DNA of 64,000 nt from Raillietiella orientalis (Eukaryota), in assembly GCA_036172245.1 (NCBI GenBank), contig JAYWIR010000013.1:3100001-3164000 (forward strand), in the 5' to 3' direction. The translations under genes were made by a program, and so were the position numbers. Positions 1 through 13,707 of this stretch are shown here, one piece after another. Numbering within the stretch: position 1 is the stretch's first letter; each line of letters starts with the position of its first letter. The notes beneath the pieces were generated by a model. It was given only the letters and a program-made list of their open reading frames with translations, was not told the DNA's origin and made no database searches.

Positions 1-2606
1 GAAGGAGCTGAGGGTCCTGCGGGAAGAGCTGAAGCGGCACGAGGAGCGGGAGCAGCAGCTCAAGAAGGACGTCAGTGTCCTTCGTCAGAAGGTCGGTTCC
101 CTCTCCTTGTCCCACCACCTCCTCCGGAATGTCCTCGGCAGGCACTGGAGGCGGAGACTGCCGCACAGGACAAGGACGTCTTCCTGGAGGACCTGCGGGG
201 CAGGATTGAACGGGAGGAGAAACTCTGCGAGGACGCCAAGCGGGAGCTGCAGAGCGCGCGCCAGCAGGTGAGCCCCTCCCGTCCGTGAAAGGGAGAGGAG
301 GGATTTGACGGGTGGTTGCTTCCCCCTCCCTCCGCACAGGTGCGCTCCACGCTCGCCGAGAGGGATCTGGTGAGCCGAGACGCGGACCTACTGAAGCAGC
401 GACTGGAAGAGGTCTCGGACGCGTGGAGGCAGCAGGACGGCGCCCTCGAGCAGCTGCGGTGCGCGAAGCGCGCGCTGGAGGACAAGAGCGCCCGCCAGGA
501 GGCGGAGCTGGCGGCAGCAGAGGCGCGCGCCCAGGAGCTGAAGGCACGTTGGGATGGGACGAGGGCCGGACGACTCTTCTCCCTCCACTCCGTGCTCCTC
601 TCCATGTGTTGTTGCCCGGGGTAGGTGCGCATCGGGGACGCCGAGGGCCGCGTGTCCGCCCTGGAGGCGCAAGTCCAACGCCTGGAGGACGCCCGTCGAG
701 ATCTGGAGGACCAGCTTGCCTGCCTGTGCTGCTCCCTGCGGCGCATCGCGGGCGCACCGGGCCGCGGGGAAGGCGAGGAGCCGAGCGCGGTGGCGCCCGC
801 AGAAGCCGCGCGCAGCGGGCTGCGCGAGGTCGCCTGCCGCCTGCGTGTCGCGGAACGCGAGCGAGTGAGCGAGGGGAGGGCGCAGCGCGATCCCCCCCCT
901 CCTTTCTCCCTTCTTCCCGGACAGGACGAGGCAGTGGATCGCGCGCGTTCGCTGGAAGACACCGTGGGTGACCTGCAGGAGAGCCTCGAGGCGGCCCGCA
1001 GAGAGGGGGCGCGCCTGCAGGCGGACCTTCAGGAGGAGGCCGCCCGGAGATCCGACGCCGAGGCATCGCTGGACCAGGCGCGAGCTGACCTGCGGGAGAA
1101 GGAGGACGAGATGCGCCTGCAGGCGCGCGAGTGCGCCCGCCTGGAAGACAAGGTGGCTGCGCTGGAGGTGCACCTGGAAGAGGCGCGGACCGGCTGGAGC
1201 AGCACCCCCCGCGGACAGGTGAGGAGCCATCGCCCTGCCCGACCGCCGCTCTCATCCTGAAGCCATGGGGGGAGGCAGGAGGACGGCGGAGGCTGCGAGG
1301 AGGGCGCGACGGCCTTGGCGACCCTGCGTGCAATGGCCGAAGAGGAGGCTGCAGCGTGCCGGGTACGTGTCGGCGGGGTGGCCGCCCCTGGGGGAGGGGG
1401 AGGGGGATATAGGAACGAGCGTGACCGTGCCCCTGCTGCGCCCCTTCTTCGCGCCCTTTTCCGTTCCCGCAGGAGCTGAGGGCACGTCTGGATGGGCTCA
1501 GCGCCCGGCAGCGCCGGACGGAGGAGGAGCGCGACCAGGCGCTGCTGCTGCTGCGAGCCTCCACTGCCGCGTCCGAGGAGGAGAGTCGCGCCATGCGCCG
1601 GAAGATGGTGGCTCTGGAGGCGCACGTCCGGGACCGTGTGGTCGACGTGAGTCTCCTTCCCCCCTCCTCGCGCGACGAACCCCCCCTCGCTTCCGCTCAG
1701 CTGGAGCGGCAGGTGGCAACGCTGTCCGCCGAGAGGGACTCCCTGCGCGGCACCGTGGACGCCGGCGCGTGCGCCGCCGAGGAGCTCCGCAGGAGGAACC
1801 GCGAGCTGCATGCGCGCGTGCGCGAGCAGGAGGAGGAACTTTCCGGTCTGCAGCTGCGCGCCCCGGAGCTCGAGATGCAGCGGAACGACTTGGAGAAGGT
1901 GCGTGGGAGGTCTGAGAAGACTCGGGGAAGTTGAGCCCCTCCCAGTCTGTAGTGCTCGGCCGCAGCGCCGAGCGCGACCTCTCCGAGAAGCTGCGCGAGG
2001 CCATCCTGGAGAAGGAGAGGGCCGAGGAGGAAGCCCTGCGACTGAGGGTGCGTGACCACGACCCCCTTTCCGCGACGTGCCCTTTCCCCGCCACAGGACA
2101 GGGTGGTCGAGCTAGAGCAGGATCGCTGGGAGCTGCAGCAGGGGCACCGGCAGCTGCAGAGGGACAAGGCAGCCCTGCGGAGCATCCTGGAGCGGTCCGA
2201 GGGTGGCGAGGGTGGCGGCGACGAGGAGGCTCGCCGCCGCCACCAGGAGCGGCACCGACAGCAGTTGACACCCTGCCGGGAGGCCGCCTACCGGAGCCGC
2301 GTCCGCGCTCTGGAGTCCCAGCTGGTGCACCTGCAGGGACAGGTCACGCGCCTCCTGGAACACAAGGAGCGCTTCGTGAACCGCTCCAGGCGCGCCGACG
2401 ACGACCTGCAGCGCCTCCATTCCACCCTGAGGGAGTCCCTCAGGGTGGTCACCTCCAGCGACGAGCTGCGCGACACCACCCTGGAAAAAGAGTCCCAGCA
2501 GCTCGATCTCAGTCTGGACCGCGCCCTTTCTCGGTCCGCTATGCAGCTCAGCGGGTGCAGCAGCGCAGGACCCGACCGACCGCCTTTCGTCCAGGAAGAC
2601 CCCTGA
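1..2606 (+). CDS. CROCC: Rootletin/CROCC-like long coiled-coil protein, 5'-partial (about 673 C-terminal aa in window)
   Basis: Hand-spliced exons <1-91, 142-267, 340-543, 625-864, 925-1218, 1279-1362, 1473-1646, 1701-1898, 1946-2047, 2097-2606 (TGA) join into one E/R/L/Q-rich heptad frame (KELRVLREELKRHEEREQQLKK...). The C-terminal REAAYRSRVRALESQLVHLQGQV resembles, from memory, the rootletin motif RERAHRQRVxGLEEQVxxLKxQL. Introns are 47-110 nt GT-AG except one probable GC-AG (544-624). The gene itself is solid; the family name is less certain. Confidence 0.7.
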
Positions 2607-2611
2607 CCGGC

Positions 2612-2617
2612 AATAAA
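2612..2617 (+). terminator. Candidate polyadenylation signal of the rootletin-like gene
   Basis: AATAAA 5 nt after the TGA stop, in otherwise very GC-rich DNA. Confidence 0.6.
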
Positions 2618-5600
2618 GCAGTACCCGCCACCGCCTCCTCCTCCTACAGGGCCGCACTGCGCAAGGAATAACCTTGTCGCCTAGAGACCGCCTCGGTGAA
2701 AGGGGAGGCAGGCAGATGCCTGTCCGGCTTTGCCGGACGAATCGCTCGAGGACCGCGCGAGAGCCCTCCCCGGTGCGTCACTCGCCTCGCCTCGCTCTCT
2801 TGATCGCACGGTCGCGCGTCCGCGCTGCCCTCGACGGGCGGACGGAAGCGGAGGGAGGGCGCTGGCGCGGTCCGGCGAGCAAGGACGTTCTCCGTCCTGC
2901 AGCCGGGGGCACCTGAGCGAAAGGCCCTCTCTACCTCCGTTCCTGCCCGTTGCGAGCTCCGAAGACCGGCGCCTGAAATCGCGGCGCATGCGCGAGAGTT
3001 AAGCCCGTACCGCCACGAAGCGCCCAGGGTGGATCCCCCCCTCCCGACCCAGGGTGTCAGTGCTTCCCTCCTCCCATGAAGTGGCCACGAGCGGCCGCGA
3101 GATGCCGTCGCCGACCGGAAAAGTCGAGATGCGAAAGATGTCCTCCCTCCAAGAAAAGGGACCGAGACCGAAATCCCGGGAAACGCCTGCCCTTGGGGTG
3201 CTCAGGAAGGGGCCGGCGCCAGGGAAGGAAGGGTGGAGCCCTCAGCTGTCCGCGCGCCCACGCAGCAAGGAAACCCGGACTCTACCGAGGTGCCCTTCTT
3301 CCTCGTCTCCACGGTCCTGTGCGGCTCTTTCCCAGGGGAGACCTGCGACGTCTTTTTCCATTGGTAACGGTGGCTTCCCTTCGCTGACTCCCGACCGCTG
3401 CTCCGGACTCCTGCCGCAGCGCACTACCCCGATGGCAGTCGCCGCTGATGCTGGCGCTTCAACGGGAAAGATGGCTCCAGCTGGTCCGTTCCGGGTGCCC
3501 GCTGCGCAAAGGTGGCTCTTCTCCGTTTCCCCGAGGGCATCGTCTTCTCGCCCAGGCCGCAGAAGCCACCCCTCCCATCTCGCTTCTACCATCGCCTCCG
3601 TGCTGCCCGCTAGGGCAGTTGCCCACCCAGTCCATCAGAAACGGGAAAACAACAAAGGCGGGGGAAAGGGGAGACGGAAGGAGCATAGGGACCTGGTCTG
3701 CTGCAGCCTCCTCGACTGGAGCACCGGTGCTGCTGGTCGGTATCGCAAAATGCGACTACGTAGGTCATGCGGGAATGCAGCCCGCGGGCGACCTCCGGGT
3801 GGACTCGATCAAGCTGGGTTGCCGCCCGGTCACTCCGGGACGTTTATTGAAGAGAACACAAACACAACTTCCACGGCGGGGCATGCGGCTCCACCACAGC
3901 CGATTCTACAGTCGACCTGCCGGATCGCCCGTGCCCAGACACCGGCCGGCTCACTCGGCAGTGGAGGGGATGAGAGAAAACAATAAATAAAAATAAATGA
4001 AAGTATTTGGGAGGGTCGGGAAGGAATCAATGTCCGAAGAGCGAGCGGGGAAGTCACGTTGGCGTTCACTGGCGCCCTGCAAGCAGCGGGAGAGAGGTGC
4101 GTCCTTCGAGGGTGATTGTCTGCACCGTTGCTGTGCATCCGCGGGGTATCAGTGAAGTCGAAGTGGATGGAGGATCTCCGAGGGAGTGCCACCACCTGCT
4201 TTGCACTTGGCGGTTCCGTGAGCGACCACACATCCCATCCGGCCATCCTCGACGCAGGCGCCTTCCACCGTCCCCTGCCGTGCCGTAGAGCAAGGGGCGC
4301 GGACAGCAAAGGTCAGCTCCCCAAGAGGGGGAGGCATCCCCCGCTCTTGGAGAGCAAGAGGAAAGAAAACGAGAGGCAAGAACTCGTCCCGTCTCAAGAG
4401 CCCGAAACGCAGCAGGTGAGAGATGCGGTCAGTTGACGACGACACCAGCAGCAGACAAGAGAAGTGCAGAAAAATAGGAGGGACGAGAGAACTCTGCACT
4501 TTGAACAAGAGTGTGCTAAGACCGACTGGACCTGGGACCGCGTCTGCGTGGAAGATGCTGAAGGCTGGGCAATCTTCCATCAAGGGATGCAATCGGGGGA
4601 GAAAGCCACTGCTCGGCAATGGGATGCATGGCGACACGGTGCGATGGTTCGAAGAGCGCGCAATTCACCACGAGCCGCCTTCGACAGAGGAAGCTGAGCT
4701 CTCAGTGGGATGGGAAGCTTCCCCAAGGTGCCAGCAGCAACCGTCCTTGGAATGTTTTCCACGTCAGCGATGATGCAAGCGACGGATGTACGCAGACGCC
4801 GTCCCAAGTCGGATCTTTTGCTCGAAGAACGACGCGGTCTTTATGGAACGTTCGAGAGCCCTTGGTGGGAAGCAGCACCTAAGAGTCTTTGCAGTGCTCC
4901 CGGCTCTCCCGCTGGAGGCTCCTGAGCGGCGTCTCGCAGGAAGCGACGACTCGCTGCAGAAAGTCGGCGAATGCCGCCGGCTCCGTTCTTCCTCTCCCAG
5001 GTAACTCGTCTTTCCCTCAGATCTCGCGACAGCTGTACACTGCTTTTTTCCCTTCGAACAGTCCCAAATGGGAACAGGGTGTCCAGGCAACGACTCCGCT
5101 GCTGTGCGAATGGCTGTCTGTTCCGGCGAGCCCCCGATCAAAGTTGCCGTCGGCTAATAGCAAGCGCCGCCGCTGAAAACAAACGCCGACGACTGACCAA
5201 TTCAGCAGTAGTGGCTTAGCTATGGTCCTCGGCAGCAGTTGACACTCAAGGCATTATAGAATGACAAGGTCACGTGGCACTGCCTAAATAGCTATCGATT
5301 CCTCTCTTTCTGGAGACAGATGGTGGAATCGAATGTACCATCAAGATATGAACAACGCTTGCATCGTATCAAGAACCAGCACTTCTTGGAGGATTGAAAG
5401 ATATTCATTCAGCTACCCTTTGCCACAAGAATCAGTCGACTTGCTTAGATCTAGGAAGAACTTGTGTTTCCCTTTTTTTCTTTTTGTCTCCTTTACTCTC
5501 GAGAGCGAACGTCGCTACTGGATGTTAGTGCAGAAAGAAGCGGGCAGTCGTCAAAGACGCGATTCGCAAATTGCCATGGGAATGCAGCTACGGCTTCGGA

Positions 5601-5989
5601 GAGAGTAGCTGACGTCTAAAACGATTCGTTACGTTGGCGCGCCGATGCAAAGGGTTGGAATCTCTGAAGCTGTGCACGGGGCATCCGATGTGTTCACTTG
5701 TGGATCGGGGATGACCGGAAGAACGAAAGAACAAGCTGTTGCAGGCTGGGCTGTTGCTTCGATTGCCCTCCAGCCCAGGGTATCCCAAACCGTGTCTTCC
5801 GCGCAGAGTCAATAAGCACTCCGCGAAAAATCATGAAAATTAATACGTTTTTTGAACGCCATTCGGTTTATTTTACTATGTTCGTGTGCTTTTCACTAAG
5901 TGATTAAAATTCGAGAGTAAATGTGTTTTGCTTTCTTAACTCTTGCACTGATCGAGTTATTACAGTCACCTTTGATAAAAGAAACTTTT

Positions 5990-6170
5990 GACATGGGCAA
6001 CCCTCGATGTAGTCAGCATTTTGATTTTTCTGCCATCCGATGAAAGAAACTTTTTTCTCATTACACCAAAAGACGTGTGGCTTCTATGGCTGCAGCAGAG
6101 TGGTGGAACGAAATCCCCAAAAAGAGCGTTATTGTGAATGCTTTTAAGCAGCTGCATTCATCATCAGCTT
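5990..6170 (+). mobile_element. Possible highly decayed pogo/Tigger-type DDE transposase fragment
   Basis: caaccctcgatgtagtc reads QPLDVV with a one-base frameshift. It is followed by AAEWWNEIPKKSVIVNAFKQ, similar to the AW..I....I.N.FKK end of DDE_1 transposases. No terminal inverted repeats seen. Confidence 0.2.
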
Positions 6171-7579
6171 GAGGAATGGAGCCGAGTTTGCCGATCGGCT
6201 GTTTTCCTGATGGAGACGACACACCCATCGCCATCGCACATTCCATTCCATAAGAGAAAATGTAGAAAGTGACTCTGGGATTATGGAGGGATGGGCGGAA
6301 GGAGAAGACGGATGAAGTTCACGATCCGGGCGCCATTACGAACGCTCCCATGGAGCACGCGGAAGAAAATCGGGATGGGGGCAACCGTGGTCCCGAAATT
6401 CGATGTCGACAAAGTTACTGACCACTCGTCCGATTTCGCTGTTGAGGAAAGTGTCCGTCCACCCACCCCCCACCCCACCCTCCGCTCGTGACGTTCTTCT
6501 CTCCCGAGTTCGGGAAAAAGCAACCGTGGAGAAGTTTGGATAAAATTTTATGCCGTGTCGCCATCATCATCTTTACTCTTTGTAATGTTACTGAATCTGT
6601 TCGGTGTTACTGACGAGCAATTTGGTTTCTTTTATTTCATTATCCAGAATTATTTTCCTTTTCATTTCGACCACCCACCTCGGTGCAATCAACAACATTC
6701 TATAAAGGCGACGTTTTCAGCAAAGGCGGCTGCACCGAATGCGCGCACTTCATTAAATATCACCCCATAAAAAAGGTATTCTGTGAAAATTTCAGGATTT
6801 GTGAAGTGTTCCGTCATAGGGAAGTTTTCGGAAACGCTGCCCTAGTTGATTTCCTGTACCACATCAAGGTCAACTACCACAAATCGTGATGTCCTCCTCC
6901 TCGGCTGGTTTCTTGTGTGTGTGATTGCTTTTACTGTTGGCGCAATTAATTATCATTAACACCAGCTGACACGTAAACAGCTACAAACGTTGCAAACAGA
7001 TCTTACGGAAAGTGTTCGGAACCGGAAATTACAACCATCGTGAACGTAAACACATTCTTATACAGTGGTCGTGTGACCTCACGAGCATGCGGGGAAAGAC
7101 ACAAACTGGATCGGCAAGAGCAGCCACAACCTGCTGATCATTATGCTGAGCGTTCAGACGGTTTCCACAAACCACTCTACGAATGCTCCCCGATAGATTG
7201 GGGGAAAGCCCGCTTTTTTGTGCAAATAGATAGGGCATTCCGTTCGCGCAGGAAACCGTAGCCTCCAGGCAGTTGTTTAAAATCGGTAAAACTTTGCGTG
7301 ACTGCGAGCACGTATCGAGCACGTGTGTTCCCGGAAACGTTTACGTATACTGGCGCGCGTTTCCCTAACTGCTGTTCGCCGCGATAATCGCATTCCAGTA
7401 CTTTCTGAAGAAACGTTCCCGAGGGATGACTCACGTGCGCGCGCGCGCTCCGTCCGAAAAGTCCGCCGTGCCTCCGAGCTGCGTCGGCGCGCGTGCGTTG
7501 ATGGGAGACACGCGGCGGAAGGTACTTAGCGCGCTCGTCGCCCGCAGTGGCTCGAAGACGCCGGGCAGAATGCCCCCTT

Positions 7580-7580
<1 letters not shown>

Positions 7581-7648
<68 letters not shown>
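7581..7648. repeat. (CA)34 microsatellite
   Basis: Perfect CA dinucleotide run read directly. Confidence 0.97.
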
Positions 7649-7650
<2 letters not shown>

Positions 7651-10600
7651 GCATGAAACCGCAGCCGGACGAATGGGAGCTACCTTCCGCCAAGCAAGTC
7701 CGTGCCTGTAGGGGAAGAAGAGAAAAAAACCCCTCGGGGAGAACAAGCGAGACAGTTTGAAGTTCCTCGAGCGTCACTCTGCCCACCGCCCAAGGCGGCA
7801 GGCAGAGTCCTCCGTCAAGTGATACCCTGGTTCCCCCTCCGCCTTTCCCCTATCCTCTCCTTTCTGAACGGAAATGGGACAGTCTCAAGAGGACCGAGAA
7901 GAGGAGCCAGGCGGGGAAAGGGAAAGCTGCCTGCCCGGCAGGATCAGCAGACCAACCGTCTCGAAAGGTGGTGGACGGTGCCCAGCACATGCTCCGCAGA
8001 AAAGCGCGAGTTGCCTTCGGTACGAACGGGAACAGGGGAAGTGGCCCGAAGGAATTCACGGGCTCAGCTGGTGACCGGAGCTCCAGGTCGCGTGCATTCG
8101 CGGGACGGGAAGGACTGCGGTCATTCCTCGGAAGGCGCGCGCTCTCTCCTCCTTGGAGGCTGCGTGTCTCGCTGCTTGCCGGTGAGGCGGGGTCTCCTTC
8201 ATGAGGTGACAGCAGAGAACTCTGCAGAAGCGAGGAGAGGCTGCGGGGGAAGGATCGAAACGTCCCTTGTTTATCACGTGGTACCTTGACTGCGAGAAGG
8301 CGGCATGCACGAATAATCTTCGGTGCTTTTCCAGGGAGCTGTCCAGCTCTGGGCGTGTGTTGCAACCCTTCGGAGCCGTCGGCAAGGCCGGGCCGCGAGA
8401 TGGACTTCTGCAGCCCGACGCAAAGAAGGTGCGCGAAGCCGCACCACCTTCTTTGAGCGACGCCTATGTCCTGTCCACCCACACCTGTTTTTTGGAGTCC
8501 CAGCAAGAAAATGGTTTCGTAGCTCTCGCCGTCGTTCTTCGCAGCGTAACCGGTAAGTCCACGTGTGCGCGCCCGGGCGTTTTCTCCCTCTGTTGCCTGG
8601 AAACCTCATCGGGTTTCCTCCCACCGTGTCGAAGGCACTGCCTGGCTCCCGAGCGCTCGCGGGCAGGAAAAGGATAGGTGTACCACGTGCAGCTCCACGC
8701 GCGAACACTACAGCGGATCTACCCTGCACGCTCACAGCCTTTCTCGAAACTCCAGCCACGCACGGCACGGTAAGCGCGCAGGCTCGGCCACCATGCGTCA
8801 CGGAACGCTACTGGGAGGGGCGGGTCGACGGAAGGTCCAAAGGGAGTTGAAGGAGGGGGGGGGGGGGAGATCGATAAGCAGACGTCGCGAACGATGCCCG
8901 GAGCTCGGGGTTTCACTGCGTCTTCCGCGGAAAGAGGGGGGAGGAGCCACGCCCCGGTTCCGCCGCCCCCAGTTTCCACGGCCACTCCGCTTGGGGTCCG
9001 CAAGCGAAGCGACGGTCGATTTCCAAAGAGCCGGTTGGTGACGCCCAGTCTACCAGCCGTTCCGTTTGCTGGTCCGAAGAGGACTCGACGCTTGCTACTT
9101 CTTCGGCAAGGGATTCCGCTGGATCGAAAACGAGGGTGGAGAAGAAAACTGCAGCAGCAGACCGGAAACTCAGCGGTTGCGTTCGCGGCCCCTTGCGCAC
9201 CCGCCCGCAGTCATCCACGGCCCTCTTTTCTGTGCTCAGCCCCAATGCGCCTGTGCGAAGCCTTTCGCAGAGAAAGGGATCGCCCGTAGGAGCCTCCTGC
9301 TCGCTGCTGCCGAAAAAGAGGACCGCGGACGTTACTTGTGGTCGCTCTCGTCTCGCCAGGTTCTTCACAGGGCGGAGAGGATAGGGACCTGGTGGTGGTG
9401 GTCCCCTGTTTCCTTCCCGTGCTGTGGGCGACGAAACAGTGGATTTACCGAAGGCTGCACGACTCGGGATTGGGCAGCTCATAGCGGATGCGAACTGCCG
9501 TAAGGTGCGGCCATTTCGGCACACCAGAAGTCCTCGGAGACGTGCGACTCGCAGGACTAGGGAACTGTAGGGGGGAGCCAGCGAACCACTGCTTCCCAAT
9601 TTCGAGGGGAAATTTCAGAGGGAGTGCTCCATGGCGTGGATTAGGAGAGGGAGCTCCCAACCAGGACAGCAGCGACTGGATTGGATTCAAAGTGGCCAGC
9701 CTTTGTTCCACCACGTGGTACCCGACTTCGGCGCTAGACGGACAATGTCCAGGGAGAACATTGCAAGGCATTCGAAGAGAAGGAAGCCCAACGCCACGTG
9801 TTCATCTCCCGAACGCCGTTCCGGGGCTTGGGAGCGGCGAGGCGGGTAGCGGCAGCCTTGCGGGACAAGGCCAGGACACTGAGACGCTGAGTGGGCTCTT
9901 GGCGGAGCGAGGGGTGATGCAACCCCTCGGTGCGTGCATCGTGACGGCAAGGGTAGCAGGGATCTGGGACACTCATCGCATATATCGCACAGGTTGCAAG
10001 GGAACGGGAACAAGGGTACAGGGGTCGAGGATGGAGCGGTTGTCCGTGCAGCGGTGCTGGTGAGTGGACCAGGAATCGCGGACCGCCGGTTGCCGTGTGC
10101 GCTCGCGGCACCGCCTACGCATCGTTTTGCTTTGTCTCACTGCCGTGTTGACGCGCCGTGTTCGGCAGATCGACCCCGCCGCTGGCAGAACCGACCTCCA
10201 CGCAAGGAGGGAAGAGCCGGCTGTGGGATCTGGATGAGGCCTCTACTGGCTGAAGGAGATGGGTACTGCTTGCCTTCGGCGCAGCGCTCGCGGAGATTCG
10301 CCCAGGTTTATTGGCCTGCCTGGAAACGAGCGGTTGAGCTCGGCCCATTTCCCTCTCGGCGTCTCCCCCTTGTTTCCTGCAAACCGGCCGTGCTCCCTAA
10401 TGAGAGGAACCACGGGAGGCGGAGGACGAGCGCTCCATCTCGCTCCCTCGCCTGGAACTCTTGCAGCGCAGGAAAGATGACGCAATGCGTTTCGGGAGAG
10501 AGAGGAACCTCCAGAAATATCGCGTGCATGTGAACGAACTTCTTTCGCGCAGAACGCCGAAACGCAGCAGCGTTCTCCTCCGCGCGCTTTCGCAGCATCC

Positions 10601-11648
10601 TCCACATTTGCTACTACTGAAAGCGCCGCTCGGACCGTGCCCCGCTTCTTGTCGTGGGGAAGGTATCCGGTCTAAGATCATATCCAAAGGAATACACCTC
10701 CGTTTCTTTTCTTTTTCGAAAAAAAAAAAAAAATATATCTCCCAATAGGCCAGTTAGTTACTCAGATCAAAACTTCAGCGGACTCTCAGACTGCTTTCCG
10801 CTTTTTTTTTTTTTCCTCCGATAGCACTCCAGCTGATTGGAAACGACCCGGGTGAGCTGCTAAGAAAATGGTTTCGGCTGGAGCAAGACCGCATCATCTC
10901 GAAAGCGCGATTATGATGCAACTCGGCGGCATATGTCATCTTCGCCCGACGCGTCATGTTTCCATCCGGCCTGCACGCTTCAGATACCATCGGCTTTCGA
11001 ACATGGACCGAGTACTTTCGTTTTCAGCGTGCAACGAAAACTCGGCACCGCTCTGCCCCAGCATGCCATTGGCGGACCAGAACCTCCCCCTCTTCGTCAA
11101 AAATCCGAAATCAATGTTTCCCCCCCCCCCCACACACACACACACACACAGCCAACGACTGGCACGGGTTGGATGCTTGTGGGGCCCCGAGTATCAAGTC
11201 TTGTGTATCAAGTCAACAGCTACGCGGAGTCGAGAGTGGTCCTCCCTATTCGATGGGAGGAGAGTGCCTACGGCCCACGTTCGGATCAGGAGAAGGAAAA
11301 AAATCATTCGCGGAAAGTCGGACAAAGGGAAGAACCCACACTGCTTTGTACTCGGAACGCTTCCCACGATGAGGAAGGGTGAGCGTCATCAGAGAGTGCG
11401 TTCGGTGAACGCGAGCAGCTCCGAAGATGAAGGAAGGTGCCGGGACCCGCAGTCCTGCAGTCCCACCGCGCACGGTGGTTTCGCAGGCTCAGGGCTTGGA
11501 ACCCGCAGGACAGGATTCACCAGATGAGTCCGCAGCTACTGCAAGCCCGCCTCGTGGGTACGGATACGCAGTCGCAACACAGAACGAACTATCTGCATCC
11601 GGCTTCGCTTCATCTGCTGGATCCGTTGCGAGGAGTACCGTGCTCCGG

Positions 11649-11669
11649 CAGCAGCAGCAGCAGCAGCAG
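11649..11669. repeat. (CAG)7 microsatellite
   Basis: Read directly. Confidence 0.9.
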
Positions 11670-11806
11670 GGCGCGCCTGGCTCCCTGACCCGCGTATTCC
11701 TGCATCGCAAGAGAGAGCACGAAGCTCGTAGAACAACGGAAGCGATGTCTTTCTTGGCCGAAGCTGCAGGTGGCAAAGACACAAACACGCGGTAGGGGGG
11801 TGGGGG

Positions 11807-11808
<2 letters not shown>

Positions 11809-11840
<32 letters not shown>
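11809..11840. repeat. (GA)16 microsatellite
   Basis: Read directly. Confidence 0.95.
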
Positions 11841-11843
<3 letters not shown>

Positions 11844-13674
11844 GCACCAAGATTCGTAACATCCTTCCTGGAGCGATTCCGAAAGCTGCTGTCAGCACCG
11901 GGTACCCAGGATTTCTTGTAGCTGAAAAGGTATGCCCACGCTCGCCGGCAGCAACGCGCAAATCAGGAGCGGGGAAAGCGTGCGCGTGCGAGACGGTACG
12001 GCTCAAAGAGAAGTTCCAGAAATGACGTGCGGGCAAGTGGCGAGGAATCGTTACAGAGTAACACAAACCACATTTAGGATGAAATGCGCAACTGAACCAG
12101 CATGATCAACAAGTGATCAAAGACTGGTTCAGTTGCGTCACCAGACACGGACAGGAACGTGTCCACATCGTGCTCTCTGAGAATTGGCAACACTGGCGCG
12201 CGTTGATGGAGAATGCGATTCCGAGCGTGGCAAACGGGCGCCGCCGTTCCTGCCTGATGGTGTTCATCGCTGCGCCCCTGCGACGCGGAAACACTGACGC
12301 AGCAGCAGCACCGTTCCCTTCATCTCGCGTAAAGAAGCAGTCGCCGAAACGCGGGCGATGCTTCGCAAACCCGGGAAGGGCCGCCGGGCGTCCCTTCGGG
12401 ATGTTTCCCGCCGAGCGCGGAGATGGGGCAGAAGCGGATCCGACGAAGGCTGCAAGGCCGCAGCACGCCGTCGCTCCGCGAGGATGCGCGACGCTCCGAT
12501 TTTTCTGCCGGGAGGAGAGTCTTGAGCATCGCATCCTCCAGGGTATCCCCCGCCCTCCCCTCCCGGATCTCTCGGGTCTCCCTGCTCCGCGACAAACGCA
12601 CGGGCGAGAGTCCACCGCGCGGGCTTCCCGCGGGTGGCGTTTGCTCTTCCTGGCGGGCCTTGAGCGAGGGGATCACACGCGGTGTCGTCGGGCCAGGTGC
12701 ACAGGAGCCTGACGGGAGGCCGGCAGGCGTTTCAGGACACCTTTTTTTCTTTTTTTTTTGGCTATAAAAATGTTCCGTTCACGGCTCCGAGCTGCGAGGG
12801 AGGGCGGGGGATCGCAGTCGACCGAAGAAGTCGACCGAGTCCGACGCACGGGACGCAGAAGAATGGTGCTTACCCCTTTAACGACAGCCCGAGTGAGAAC
12901 GAGAGAACGCCCTGGAGACGCGTCCCTCTTTCGCTTCACGCTGGACATCAAGATGATGATGATGTGTTCGTTTTACTCGTTACCTATTTATCCATTGCAG
13001 CTCACATGCGTTCTGTACCTGAAGTACAAGTGCAATGCAGCAAAACTTTCCGGTGGGAACACCTCCTCGCGAAGAAGAGGTGCACCATCTCCGCACATCC
13101 ATAATGGAGAGTTATGTATCTCCACCGTCACCCGGTGTGATGATGAATTTAGAATAAACTTTTGGGTAGCGAGAAGTACGAGAATTATCCAATAACCAAA
13201 ATATATATTCTTTTTGCATTTGTTGTTGTTACGACTGTAAAGTGTCAGCTATTCCATTCGAACATAAGTAGCGATCCTTGCTATTGCCATTCCGCACCGT
13301 GGATACATTATTTATGCATCCTGAGGTTATGGAACTGATGAAAACGATTCGCATCCTACGGAGACCTTTCGATCATTCTGACGAAACGCGTGGCAATCAC
13401 CGAGTGGCTCAACACGAGGTCGGTGAGTGGCAACACTGACAATGTACCAAATGCCGTCTTCGAGCATATGATCCGGGAACGCGTAACGAAACGCGCACGT
13501 GCGTACACAAGAAACATCGATGTGCATGCTCCTGCATCCATCATGGGTGAAAAAGTGACGACATGGAAAAAAAAAGTGTTGCAGAAACACAAATGCGATG
13601 AGGAGTGCCACGACATCCTTCATTTTTATTAATCAGAATGGCTTCGTAATGCTTTTTTGAAGTGCGTACGGACG

Positions 13675-13702
<28 letters not shown>
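13675..13702. repeat. (AC)14 microsatellite inside an alternating purine-pyrimidine tract
   Basis: Read directly; flanked by tgcgtgtg/gtgtacac-type sequence. Confidence 0.9.

Positions 13703-13707
<5 letters not shown>

Noticed and set aside
72..2657. Minus-strand and alternative-frame ORFs over the rootletin-like gene
   Set aside because: Shadows of the GC-rich plus-strand coding exons.
3054..3986. 310-aa plus ORF followed by AATAAA-like runs
   Set aside because: GTG start, low-complexity S/P/R composition, no recognisable motif; it cannot be supported without expression data.
6134..6170. CTGATGA followed by a 7-bp stem on the minus strand (hammerhead-like)
   Set aside because: The required GAAA after stem II is absent.
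12100..12235. VIKDWFS...ENWQHWRALMENAI, faintly like the C-terminal end of RTE-type LINE proteins
   Set aside because: Too short, and no reverse-transcriptase motifs nearby.
13011..13030. Partial matches to miR-275 here, and to let-7 (about 51020), miR-34 (about 13975), miR-315 (about 62777) and miR-281 (63031)
   Set aside because: Only 9-12-nt matches; the rest of each mature sequence disagrees.
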